From a virus (taxonomy: Duplodnaviria; Caudoviricetes), in IMG/VR virus record IMGVR_UViG_3300030119_000664, positions 1 through 27,133 of that record: a DNA stretch of 27,133 nt. The stretch is one strand, 5' to 3'. How positions within the stretch are numbered: the stretch's first letter is position 1; every line of letters starts with the position of its first letter. The translations under genes were made by a program, and so were the position numbers. Shown here one piece after another: positions 20,901 through 26,436 of this stretch. The notes beneath the pieces are model-generated. The model was given only the letters and a program-made list of their open reading frames with translations. It did no database searches and had not been told where the DNA came from.

Positions 20901-23900
20901 GGTCGCAAGGACCGGCGAGCATGACGGTGAAACCGCGAAGCCTGTGGCATTGGAAGGCAGCGCCGGGGACGGGCTCGATGTAGCATCGGATTCGTTAACC
21001 TTCAATGCCGCTCTCGATCAGGCGCAGGAGCAGCTGCGCGAATTGCTCGGCGCGCTGCGCATCAGCGACCGCGTGCGCCTGAACCTCGTCGATAGCCTGT
21101 CCCGCGGCGCCCAGGGCCGGTACACGCCGGGCGAACGGCTGATCGAGATTGCGCGCAACACGGTCGATGACAAGCCGTTCGTACTCAATCACGAAGTCAT
21201 CCACGCGATGAAGGACATGGGGCTGTTCAAGCCGTCCGAATGGTCGATCCTTGCCGCGCGCACCAAGCGCGAGCCGGGCCTGATGCGCTCGATCGAACGC
21301 CGCTATTCGCGCCTCGACAAGGAGGCGCAGGTAGAAGAAGCGATCGCGGATATGTTCGCCCGCTACCAGCGCGGCGACCTCAAGCCTCGCGGTGTAGTCG
21401 ATTCGGTGTTCAAGCTGCTGCGCAACATGCTCGAGGCGGTGCGCAATGCTTTCAGCGGACTGCCCGCCCGATCAGCCGCGGGTATCATGGCTGATGTAGC
21501 GAGTGGCCGGGTGGCGGCGCGGCAGGGGCGGGGTTCAGGTAACAATTCGCCGACGGAAAGCATTGCGGAGACAGGTGCCTTCCAGCGATGGTTCGGCGAC
21601 AGTAAGGTCGTTACAGCAAGCGGGGAACCAAAGCGCGTGTTCCACCGCACCGATGCCGACGAGTTCGACGCTTTCGACACGATGGATTTCGGATCGTGGT
21701 TCGCCGAGTATGAATCCACTGCGATGCTCTACGGAGACACGGGCGCAGGCGAACCGCGCATGATCGAAGCATATCTGCGCATTGAGCGGCCACTAATCAT
21801 ACCCGAGTCCGTAGACCTATCCGAGATGATCAGCGTTCAGGAAAGCCTCGACGCGATCAACGAGGCAAACGGTACGCAATTCACAGCGTCGGAAATGCCA
21901 GCGTGGCCAGCAGATTATGAAGGCAACGCAGCCGAGTGGATTGGCCTTGATCCCGCTATGGTTACGCTTGCCAAAAAAGCCGGGTTCGATGGGATCATGG
22001 CTTACGAGCAAGGCGAACCTACGTGGAACGCTTTCGAGGCGACCCAGATAAAATCGGCCACCGACAACATAGGTACGTTCGATCCTGGCGATCGGCGAAT
22101 GAAGCACTCCATCCCCGAAACTGCCGAAGCCCTCGCCCAGGCGGGCACCGGGCCGACGTGGAAGGAGAAGATGGGCGACACCTTCGATCGCTGGCGCACG
22201 GCGATGCAGGACCGCTACCTTCCGCTTCTGCGCGTGCAGCAGGCAATCGAGGCGCAGACTGGCAAGAGCCTGCCCGAGGACATGAACCCGTATGTCGGCG
22301 AGGAATTGATGAGCGGCCGCATTGGCTCCCGGCTCGAAACCCTCATGGAAGACAATGTGCGCCCGCTGTTCGACGCGATGGCCGACGAAGAAATCACGAC
22401 CGACGAGCTCGAGACGTACCTCTATGCCCGGCACGCTCCCGAGCGGAACGCGCGCATCGCCGAAATCAATCCCGAGTTCAACGGCGAGAACGGCTCGGGC
22501 ATGTCGAACCTCGAAGCCCGTGCCGTGATGGCCCGCATCCAGCGCGACGGGAAGATGGAAGCGATGGAGCGGTTGGCCGAGCGCGTGGACCGGATGCGCG
22601 ACATGGCGCTCGATTACCGCGTTGAGACGGGCCTGATGAGCCAGGAAGACGCCGACGCGTGGCGCGCGACCTATGAATACTATGTCCCGCTGCGCGGCTT
22701 CAAGGAGGTCGAGGGCGACCCGGCCAGCGCCGAGCGCATCAACCGGAGCGGCGGCGGCATCAATGTGCGCGGCAAGGAAAGCCGGGCCGCCTACGGTCGC
22801 CGCAGCCAGGCCGATAGCCCGCTGGCGTACACGATCCTGCAGGCGGAAGAAGCGATCGTGCGCGGCGAGACGAACCGCACCGCGCAGCGCTTCATCAATC
22901 TCGCCAAGGCCAATCCCGACGAAGGGTTCTGGGAGGTCAACAAGGTGTCGGGGCGCCGGCAAATGAACCCGGAGACGGGCCTCGTCGAGGAATACCTCGT
23001 TCACCAGCTAACCGCCGAGGACAAGGATTGGACCGTCAGCGCGAAGTTCGACGGCAAGGAAGTGCGGGTGACGATGAACCGCTCGAACCCGACCGCGCGC
23101 CGCGTGGCCGACTCGATGCGCAACCTGACGCAGCATCAGCTGGATTGGGTGACCGAGCACCTGGGCAAGCTCAATCGCTTCCTCTCGCGCGTGAACACCA
23201 GCTACAACCCCGAGTTCGTTATCTCGAACGCGATGCGCGATATTCAGACCGCGGCGGTGAACCTCACCGGGATCGAGCGCGACGGGCTCGTGAAGGGCAC
23301 GCTCAAGGATTACCCGGCCGCGCTGAAAGCCGCGACCAAGGGCGCGTTCCGCAAGGGCGAAGGCGAGTGGAAGCGGTGGTACGACGAGTTCGTGAACGAG
23401 GGCGGGCGCGTCTACTTCAATCAGGTCGAGGATATTGGCCTCATCAAGAAGCGCATCGAGCGCGAAGCGCAGCTGGCGGGGGCCGACAAGCCTGGCACGA
23501 AGAAGGCGCAGGCCGCGCTGCATGCCAAGCGCCTGTTCTTCGCGGCCGGTGACCTGATCGAGAACATGAACCTGGGCGTCGAGAACGCCGTGCGTCTCGC
23601 TGCGTACAAGAACGGGCGCGAGCTCGGCATGTCGAAGCAGGCGGCTGCCAGCATGGCGAAGAACCTGACCGTCAACTTCAACCGTCGTGGCACGATGGGC
23701 CCGGCGATGAACGCGGCCTACCTGTTCTACAATGCCAGCGTGCAGGGCACCGTGCGCCTCATTACCGCGCTGCGATCGAAGAAAGCGCGCCGCCTCATGT
23801 ACGGGGTGGTCGCTGGCGGTGCCGCCGTCGAAATGCTCAACGCCATGGTCACCGGCTACGACGACGACGAGGAAAGCTATTACGACAAGATCCCGCACTA

Positions 23901-24849
23901 CGAGAAAGAGCGGAACCTGATCGTGATGATGCCCGGCACCAACCAGTATGTGAAGATACCGCTTCCCTACGGGTACAACGTCTTCTGGGAAGGTGGGCGC
24001 ACGACGGCCGAGATTGCTCGGCGCGGGGGCGAGGGCTGGAAGGACAGCGCGTTCAACCTGTTCCTGACCGCGGCCAACTCGTTCAACCCGGTCGGCGGCG
24101 CGGACAGCCTCATCAACCTCGTGGCGCCGACGATCATGGACCCGATCGTTGACCTCGAATTGAACCAAGACTTCACGGGCGCGCCGATCATGCCCGAGCA
24201 AAACCCGTTCGATTCGCCCGACCCCGACCACAACCGCTACTTCTCGAGCGTCGAGCCGCACTGGCGCGAGATTGCCCACGGCCTCAACAAGCTATCGGGC
24301 GGCGATGACGTCGTGCCGGGCTCGGTCAGCGTCTCGCCCGAAACGCTCGAATACCTGTTCGGCTATGCGGTCGGCGGTGCCGGCCGGTTCGTGGAGCGCA
24401 TGGGCTCGCTGCCCGTCCGCATCGCGGATCCCGACCACGAAACGAGCGTCAACGATTTCCCCTTCGCGCGCAAGCTGGTGAGCCAGACTTCGCCCTGGCT
24501 CGATAAGGGCCTGTACTATGACCGCATCGGGCAAATCGACCAGACCGTCGATTACACCAAGGACTATCTCGAGCGCGAGCAGTTCGATGAGGCGGCCGGC
24601 TTTGCCGAACGCAACGCGCAGATCCTCGGCCTTGAGCCTGTGATGAAAGCGGCGCAGAAGGAAATGCGCAAGATCCGTAAGGCGCGGCGCGCGAACGATG
24701 GCGCCTATGAGCTCGGCAAGATCGACGAGGCGGCGTACCGCGCCGAGAAGCAGGTGATCGACCAGGCTGAAACGATGGTGATTACCGGCTTCAATACGCA
24801 GTGGAACCGTTCCGTCGGATATGGACGGGACCGCGCGACCGAAAGGTGA
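8947..24849 (+). CDS. Giant polyvalent virion protein, DarB-like methyltransferase-helicase core with LPD38 C-terminus (5300 aa)
   Basis: Uninterrupted 15.9-kb ORF with high GC3. Motifs: M15 peptidase SGYR..SWH..AVD..HWH (~10470-10690); ddrB-ParB QPRDR/GAPIV/ESGNGR (~10910-11350); RelA/SpoT IKTRER/DLARG/GY/EIQI (~13840-14100); N6-MTase EPGMGTG (15553) and NPPF (15748); SF2 helicase GSGKT (17842), DEAH (18316), SGTP, QRNGR (19369); LPD3-like (~20540-20870); HEVIH (21190); ART-like FQRWFGDSKVV..GFDGI..QIKSA (~21570-22090); LPD38-like KIPLPYG (~23870-24480). Confidence 0.93.
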   Translation: MPRDLFAEIGDSPKPASSTSTGRDLFAELDAAPPVKKPGFVERAGDFVTSTLGGVSQTMLDNASSGTFRRDAAQEDGVLDRLGSLVERGGAAVDQGLYNFISATTGSKEAARRAQILEEGTTGQEVAGQTRFDDVTGLGSYGAFVLDSAAESLPGMVTAAAPVAGLPILGTSITGDLAQERAQNDGREDATGSDVLKAAPFGYGSAALERLGVKIAGGAAGKMLGKATTSRIGQAATSTAARRIGTAAAGEAATEYAQGMVESAGGTLGTEKGFDIAEANRQGIEGAAAGFGIGGALRGGREIVDGAGRLRSRKAEDNRRAAPGKVETALEANAVPTQEDIESPLDTGDIAAGRAGIAVAQAENEVSREFEALGLPEVGASVLVNDPETGTARGTLVDRFTADDGTGVVIELEDGTKLREYDDVLADVGVTITPADPLAEADAIDARLAARAQAALQDPAGGEGSSSPLSPPEGAPPSPTSDTAPAPSGPVSDGGAIVRSIFGDKARITSGYRGPDHPLSKKNPNSWHAKSRAAVDMAPIPGMSFAEAKAAIEAQGYTLIEAINEVGKGRTKHATGDHWHFVIGKGGSGAPVTGNAPAQGGGLGMGRAREDAPTIEDSDKVGPEPLAMPEPTREPIATRGREPDAQPDPADRDTAVTVTGREIGVEYRLAELDDLTASNTPDGAVNPRYPKERQPRDRSRAASLSQVENIAGNLNPRLLGRSPKAADGAPIVSPDGVVESGNGRTLALQKVYEGNADRAAAYRQFLEAEGFNTEGMNKPVLVRVRDGNLAEEDVQAFVREANARDTAGMSGTETAASDADALPGSLLDLFRGGDIDAAGNRDFVRGFMQALVPENDRANLVLADGTIAGSLIKRIESALLVRAIGPRAFIEKLVDGKAENIASIGKALIDVSGPLAQLREAAKSGAVDASMDISENIAEAVEIIDKARREKRNVSDLINQRDVFSGEAVAPLTEAVLHLFFNGPRFSRPAGRERIAQRLGFYIEQAEKAAPGGGLFGESTKAQPGDILGLANEKDRAPSDGDQADLLAARPGESERDGRDGADVRADGRDGAEQRGEGALPQSGEQGASEDLAPSSAADRIAANPERFLGSLDDDTLNKVGKAVGVRRGKRTRTGFIEAIFDTAGTPRLREVVPGIVGGAPEVTPSPSPARESGPRLNTERSADPKFPGSIEQMPGKRKLKEYYTQGWNAAESGWSIEDNPYLETSRVWEEWRKGFGSSDKVETAAVRKVRLGQAEPPTSTPTPTTPSQGGEAEPVTTAYTLSTSKSGKGLELRGASDAQVAAIKAAGVPIPPAKKDGTLVFSKKREADVRGALEVAAQPTDSVAAMLREANADMPEGYRLERDREGAYVLMGPGGTVSAPGGGKFGAPGLYDAKSFRAMAAKARVRAKDVESKITRARSKPDQEPRERPTEAQLSRQSWTSDFAAAGERMRERLDAVDPNSLRPMLEAMAEGRPIVGDGDVIETINPHRAYELGYIKLDVAEDGRRSFSITDTGRDFLAGKKTVAGKGQIGENANGEPVFEDENGVRSVVETIDGARIRLTESVGIVPGRGTYVDVSRRWDKYKTTSELGAERADKERRVGEEYDALANRMQRAKQELDAFGDEQTSTYKGGPIKTRERTIKKVVNEEGYRSATDLKDLARGAFMVETQAEAEKLAAAITERFNVVQDKGWKRLSTGYADHKMIVEIDGLKAEIQIVPAVLWDAKKNAGGNAMYREQRGDNGPVTEDRFAELERQQQELYARVLNGTDFARFASSSKSASGNSASAASRDSGEPSLVASPGASAQTPSSRQTSASGGLIENTATSRNSTSLNDGDLSISDNVSADDGARKGVNPSPNRLVSDERAAELRARLREKLNPNRLNAGIDPELLAIGTELAVYHIEKGARRFTALSRAIAADIGVELDSVRKYLRGWYNGARDMMEDSGESVAGMDDADEVGRAMRTFADWANDATLPADADVSDRLSQGDERPGAEDGERAPQDGGAERAPRQEGSGSAGSLFDFDQGRADGGGQRSAGRPADGSAGDRAGVRDTDRVPADGRTGARAERTGAPASSVKGKDWLIEPGSLAESRKPAEKARDNLEAIRTVKRVKAEGRAATREEQALIAHYVGWGGLKNAFPDAQGQYGKGFEQVGPALRELLTDSEYETARRSIQYAHYTGETVVRSMWDMAHRLGFRGGQVFEPGMGTGNFRGMIRPDLLGATSYSGLEYDHLTADIASLLYPQSGVRQADYTATPMLRDIADLVIGNPPFSETAISSDKELGKHKFMLHDFFFAKSIEAVKPGGLLMFVTSAGTMNKVNSKARDYLADRADLVGAIRLPGNAFKENAGTEVTTDIVILRKREPGTEAADRSWTEVAPVSLPDRDGNTVQGNVNRYFIDNPDMVLGEQGMFDKLVAGARYAVRAPAGFDLAAAMAQAMDRLPAADTTNAPRAQSEAAVKFDLTTDERKEGSFYIGENGTLMQLRSGAGVPVQAPGKGVKGGISKANQARIKKLIPIRDSLRAVYAADLAENDADAAAARKALNAAYDGFVREFGPINQTTTTARAPSVVQIESARAQAREEARLAGTEWNEGSFDVEPYLERNAPLAEIARARKAAREDAKDAGRTWDEGTFDPEEVPDTIIEKRPNLDAFMADEEAYRLAAIEHYDKDTGKAAKGRIFTQSAVRLDKEPEIGGAEDALLYSLNRFGRPDVGFIADKAGLSEDEVLDKLADRLFEVPGAPGTYETAEVYLSGNVRDKLAVAQEAAASNSSLARNVRALEAVQPAPLAPSEIHAKLGMPWIPQEVIEQFGTERLGLRKLQVKYTPAVAQWLVGGDSSSSASLADWGTDRYAATKLIEAALNRQTPKVYDRDSDGKRIFNDVATQAAQDKMNAIKAAFAEWIWTDETRTAELVELYNQQYNSLIAPEFDGSYLTTPGINPQWKWRPHQGSVIARIIQTGNTYMAHEVGSGKTSAMIGAGMEMRRLGLVNKPMYVVPNHMLGQFTKEFYEQYPLAKIRVADETRFHTSRRKEFIASIAADDLDAVIITHSAFGYIPMSEEFTDRMVEEQIAELESVLSELDTQDDRITRRNIEQRKEQLEQKIKGKSKKGDQVFTFEETGVDFLFVDEAHLFRKLDYATKMGNVKGIDPNGSAMSFDLFAKTRYLEKKKPGRNLVLASGTPITNTMAELYSVSRYLQEGELKARGLGHFDAWAGAYGDTVTALEQDPAGGYKPITRFAQFVNVPELSVMVRQVMDVVSAADLRKYVTLPALKGGARQTVIVEQTDLQEDYQYTLKMRMEAIQQRRGPPKPGDDILLSVIGDGRKAAIDYRLVSPGAKREAGSKLEVMIDRVFERWEAFKDVTFHEPLPPGQGYSQEVAFRGAATQMVFSDFGINGDFPVHKYIKQTLVARGVPANQIALISDYKSHVQKQRLFNDMNEGKVRVLIGSVAKMGTGVNAQKRLRAVHNMDPQWYPANDTQRNGRIIRQGNMNPEVEILDYSTKGTYDSQMWNLMAKKAKFIEGFMRGDPNMRDMEDLGEASQYEQAQAMTTSDPRVMQLTEWKQELEQIQRRKAAHEREQHSLRKDIELSEFRRDGANALIPLIEQDIAARDVPPTDAFTGTINGETFDERVPFGEAIQQALFDLIVNANGKAMNRTIGEYAGFRLEGATKPGIDGPTREVRILRAGKRYSSVNVSEDPSGMVSRLTNAVGKFDRELEEEQRVVARAEDRIADYTPKLGKTFDDGGRMAELDRQIRAVEATLKQETADREKARRGAKDSIPEDDLFAPAQPERSMTQRQRAELDARQKQGMARRGGQQGLGDQDGGLFSSERDQDSLFYMGENLPDYPTVTLREQEWGPLPKRANTRFAALKKRAVAFYRNKLAGQTVTASDGRKIQFSRNGARNMISKSGDRLLLTVRALPKMLERGRYLYSEPARMEDRRQVKAFHRYGVNVRLSNGDIIPTIVLVREAPNGAFYYSTQEWSNAPDAPVARTGEHDGETAKPVALEGSAGDGLDVASDSLTFNAALDQAQEQLRELLGALRISDRVRLNLVDSLSRGAQGRYTPGERLIEIARNTVDDKPFVLNHEVIHAMKDMGLFKPSEWSILAARTKREPGLMRSIERRYSRLDKEAQVEEAIADMFARYQRGDLKPRGVVDSVFKLLRNMLEAVRNAFSGLPARSAAGIMADVASGRVAARQGRGSGNNSPTESIAETGAFQRWFGDSKVVTASGEPKRVFHRTDADEFDAFDTMDFGSWFAEYESTAMLYGDTGAGEPRMIEAYLRIERPLIIPESVDLSEMISVQESLDAINEANGTQFTASEMPAWPADYEGNAAEWIGLDPAMVTLAKKAGFDGIMAYEQGEPTWNAFEATQIKSATDNIGTFDPGDRRMKHSIPETAEALAQAGTGPTWKEKMGDTFDRWRTAMQDRYLPLLRVQQAIEAQTGKSLPEDMNPYVGEELMSGRIGSRLETLMEDNVRPLFDAMADEEITTDELETYLYARHAPERNARIAEINPEFNGENGSGMSNLEARAVMARIQRDGKMEAMERLAERVDRMRDMALDYRVETGLMSQEDADAWRATYEYYVPLRGFKEVEGDPASAERINRSGGGINVRGKESRAAYGRRSQADSPLAYTILQAEEAIVRGETNRTAQRFINLAKANPDEGFWEVNKVSGRRQMNPETGLVEEYLVHQLTAEDKDWTVSAKFDGKEVRVTMNRSNPTARRVADSMRNLTQHQLDWVTEHLGKLNRFLSRVNTSYNPEFVISNAMRDIQTAAVNLTGIERDGLVKGTLKDYPAALKAATKGAFRKGEGEWKRWYDEFVNEGGRVYFNQVEDIGLIKKRIEREAQLAGADKPGTKKAQAALHAKRLFFAAGDLIENMNLGVENAVRLAAYKNGRELGMSKQAAASMAKNLTVNFNRRGTMGPAMNAAYLFYNASVQGTVRLITALRSKKARRLMYGVVAGGAAVEMLNAMVTGYDDDEESYYDKIPHYEKERNLIVMMPGTNQYVKIPLPYGYNVFWEGGRTTAEIARRGGEGWKDSAFNLFLTAANSFNPVGGADSLINLVAPTIMDPIVDLELNQDFTGAPIMPEQNPFDSPDPDHNRYFSSVEPHWREIAHGLNKLSGGDDVVPGSVSVSPETLEYLFGYAVGGAGRFVERMGSLPVRIADPDHETSVNDFPFARKLVSQTSPWLDKGLYYDRIGQIDQTVDYTKDYLEREQFDEAAGFAERNAQILGLEPVMKAAQKEMRKIRKARRANDGAYELGKIDEAAYRAEKQVIDQAETMVITGFNTQWNRSVGYGRDRATER
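12001..12029 (+). promoter_or_regulatory. Internal sigma70-like promoter within the giant gene
   Basis: TCGACA(12001-06)-17 bp-TATACT(12024-29), 5/6 match to consensus at both boxes, with ATG 11 nt downstream. Confidence 0.65.
12041..12223 (+). CDS. Nested overprinted gene in the +1 frame (60 aa, basic, helical)
   Basis: Has its own promoter, and nearly all third positions in this frame are G/C. The giant frame reads here as a low-complexity R/D/G/E linker. Confidence 0.55.
   Translation: MKKTAHHPTATKPTSSQPDPAKASAMAVMAQTFARTAETAQSSAEKAHFRNLANKAQAKT
14226..14462 (-). CDS. Nested antisense gene (78 aa, acidic); candidate antitoxin of the RelA/SpoT-like domain
   Basis: MDKSPSFKEVEFRLVAVFSINPPLALVWREDGVWAEAPGL...FPEADFDELANR is globular-looking, while the giant frame here is a Ser-rich shadow. 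A promoter lies 7 nt upstream of the ATG. Confidence 0.65.
   Translation of the reverse strand: MDKSPSFKEVEFRLVAVFSINPPLALVWREDGVWAEAPGLATKEGSPLSREAAEAEFPEADFDELANRAKSVPLSTRA
14470..14498 (-). promoter_or_regulatory. Antisense sigma70-like promoter (leaderless) with the operator-like palindrome over the start site
   Basis: Minus-strand TTGCGC-17 bp-TACATT. The palindrome TTGTCC-N5-GGACAA at 14455-14471 covers the predicted +1/ATG. Confidence 0.65.
14840..14867 (+). promoter_or_regulatory. Internal sigma70-like promoter with extended -10
   Basis: TTGCGG(14840-45)-16 bp-TACACT(14862-67) preceded by TGc, with ATG 8 nt downstream. Confidence 0.6.
14876..15175 (+). CDS. Nested overprinted gene in the +1 frame (99 aa), resembling TnpV-type helical proteins
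   Basis: MLTFRTDYHKAMNAQAPKMASELRKTGALNAHLDKKEAEARALF...ATEQVYATLIAFP. Typical high-GC3 codons in this frame, whereas the giant frame uses many CGA/GGA/GCT/CAA codons here. Confidence 0.7.
   Translation: MLTFRTDYHKAMNAQAPKMASELRKTGALNAHLDKKEAEARALFSTLTKDAPTVEGSGVLADPQTEALATEQVYATLIAFPPTDAPEREPSEPEPLPAA
20886..20970 (-). ncRNA. Candidate ~85-nt multi-branched antisense RNA in the linker after the LPD3-like domain
   Basis: Closing stem 20888-20898/20959-20968 (10 bp plus 1 bulge), with internal hairpins 20899-20915 and 20925-20935. The predicted start site coincides with the edge of the closing stem. Confidence 0.45.
20977..21005 (-). promoter_or_regulatory. Antisense sigma70-like promoter with extended -10
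   Basis: Minus-strand TTGAAG(21005-21000)-17 bp-TACATC(20982-20977) preceded by TGc. Confidence 0.5.
24814..24826 (-). promoter_or_regulatory. Copy of the operator-like motif upstream of the small membrane gene
   Basis: CCGTCGGATATGGAC at 24812-24826 is an exact 15-bp match to 26435-26449. Confidence 0.55.
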
Positions 24850-24861
24850 TACGGTGCCCGC

Positions 24862-25083
24862 ATGAAGATCCTGTACCTGCTGGCCTATCTCGCGTGCGTC
24901 TTCACCTTTGTGACCGTGTTCGCGCATGCCTGCAGAAAGGATTGGTACCCACGGCACTTCGCGGTGACCGTCGGCGGGGTCTTCACCTTGATCGCCGGGG
25001 GAGTGTCCGGCTTCGGCATGTGGTCGCTCGAGAACACCGTCAATCGCGGTGTGCCGCACGGGCCCGTAGACCTCATGCCGTAG
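24862..25083 (+). CDS. Small 2-TM membrane protein (73 aa); possible moron or superinfection-exclusion protein
   Basis: Two hydrophobic segments and high GC3. An extended -10-like TGaTACGGT ends 6 nt before the ATG. Confidence 0.65.
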   Translation: MKILYLLAYLACVFTFVTVFAHACRKDWYPRHFAVTVGGVFTLIAGGVSGFGMWSLENTVNRGVPHGPVDLMP

Positions 25084-26347
25084 CTCGCCGCGCCACCGTA
25101 AGCAGATCGTCGGCCGCCCGCGCGCCCTCCATCACGAGCCCGGCCCATTCCTCTGCAATCTCGCGGCGCAGCGCCATGTGCTCGGCCCGGTTATAGGCCG
25201 CCTCGACCCGATCGGCATTGGCGTGCGCCAGCATCATGTCGATCACCTTGCGATCGGCAGGGCGCCGCTCGTTCATTATCGACGAGAACGCCGCGCGCCA
25301 CCCGTGCGGGACGTGCCGGCCGTGCCAGCCTACCCGGTTGTAGAGGTAGCCGATGGCGTTCTCCGATAGCGGCCGGTGCGCATGGCGCTGCCCGGGGAAG
25401 CACAGTTTGCCGCGACCGGACAGCGCGCGCACGGCGCGCAGCGCTTCGACGGCGGCAGGGGGCAGGGGAACGATGTGGTCGTTCGCCTCGTCTTCCTTGC
25501 GCTCGGCGGTGAGCTTCATCTGCTCGGCCGGAATATGCCAGACCGCATCGGGGCAGGGCGCCTCGCTCTCCCAATCTATCCCCTTCATATCCTCCCAGCG
25601 CGCGCCGCGTACCGTGCCCGGCCGCTGCGCTGTGATGGCGAGGAACCGCGATGCGAGCAGCGTGACGGGATAGGCGCCGCTCGCCTCGCTCTTGCGCAGG
25701 AGCTCGTGCAGTTCGGATAGATCGGTAACCGCCGGCTGGCGCTTGCCCTTCTTCACCGGCTTGAGCGCACCCTTGACCATCGCGGCCGGGTTCGTGGCGA
25801 TGAGCCCCATCGAAAGCCCGTAGGACAGCACCGCGTCAATGCGCTGACGCAGCCGCCCGGCCGTCTCGATCGCGCCGCGGCTTTCGACCTGCCGAAGGCA
25901 AGCGAGGATCAGCGGGGCGGTGAGCTCGCCCGGGGCAAACTCTCCGAGCATGGGAAAGACGTCGCGCTCGAGGCTGGTGATGACGTCCTCGCAGTGGCGG
26001 GGCACCCAGCGCGGGCGATTGAGCTCGTGCCATTCGCGGGCGAGCGATTCGAATGAATGCTCGGAATCCGTAACCGCGGCGGCGGCCGCCTTGCGCGCTT
26101 CGATCGCGGGGTCACGTCCCTGCCGCAGGATCTCGCGCGTCTCGTCGCGCTTCTCGCGCGCATCGCGGATCGAGACTTCGGGATAGGGCCCGTAGCTGCC
26201 CATCTTTTCCTTGCCGCCGACGCGGTATCTGTGACGCCAGAGCTTCGAACCATTCGGCCGCACGAGCAGGAACAGGCCCTTCTCGTCGATCAGCTTATAG
26301 TCCTTCTCGCCGGGCTGCGCCTTCCTGGCCTTCGCATCGCTCAACAT
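25073..26347 (-). CDS. int: P4-family tyrosine integrase (424 aa)
   Basis: N-terminal arm-binding domain MLSDAKARKA..D..GLFLLVRPNGSKLWR..G.YPEVS; catalytic R (QRPG), HGWR, LAH and AAYNR intact; GAGGG SD before ATG26347. Confidence 0.96.
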   Translation of the reverse strand: MLSDAKARKAQPGEKDYKLIDEKGLFLLVRPNGSKLWRHRYRVGGKEKMGSYGPYPEVSIRDAREKRDETREILRQGRDPAIEARKAAAAAVTDSEHSFESLAREWHELNRPRWVPRHCEDVITSLERDVFPMLGEFAPGELTAPLILACLRQVESRGAIETAGRLRQRIDAVLSYGLSMGLIATNPAAMVKGALKPVKKGKRQPAVTDLSELHELLRKSEASGAYPVTLLASRFLAITAQRPGTVRGARWEDMKGIDWESEAPCPDAVWHIPAEQMKLTAERKEDEANDHIVPLPPAAVEALRAVRALSGRGKLCFPGQRHAHRPLSENAIGYLYNRVGWHGRHVPHGWRAAFSSIMNERRPADRKVIDMMLAHANADRVEAAYNRAEHMALRREIAEEWAGLVMEGARAADDLLTVARRATA

Positions 26348-26350
26348 GGC

Positions 26351-26394
26351 GATACCCTCACTTTCCAGTTTCGATACCCACACCTGTACCCGCA
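26351..26394 (-). repeat. Three direct repeats TGnGGGTAY, likely integrase arm-type binding sites
   Basis: Minus-strand TGCGGGTACA (26394-85), TGTGGGTATC (26382-73) and TGAGGGTATC (26360-51), lying between the att core and the int start as is typical for P4-like integrases. Confidence 0.7.
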
Positions 26395-26436
26395 TCGGGC
26401 CGGGCTTTGAGTGACACAAAGTGGCACGCGGCGCCC

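Noticed and set aside
20389-20950. Protein product from the antisense promoter at 21005
   Set aside because: ATG20950 gives a 45-aa Arg-rich peptide and ATG20922 gives a shadow ORF. Neither looks protein-like, so an RNA product is favoured.
21363-21719. Antisense ORF over the ART-like domain as a nested antidote
   Set aside because: It is a Ser-rich shadow overlapping conserved coding motifs, and I saw no promoter at a suitable distance.
8947-24849. Intein or group I/II intron in the giant gene
   Set aside because: I saw no C/S...HN-C/S/T intein junctions, LAGLIDADG motifs or reverse transcriptase motifs, and the helicase motifs appear normally ordered.
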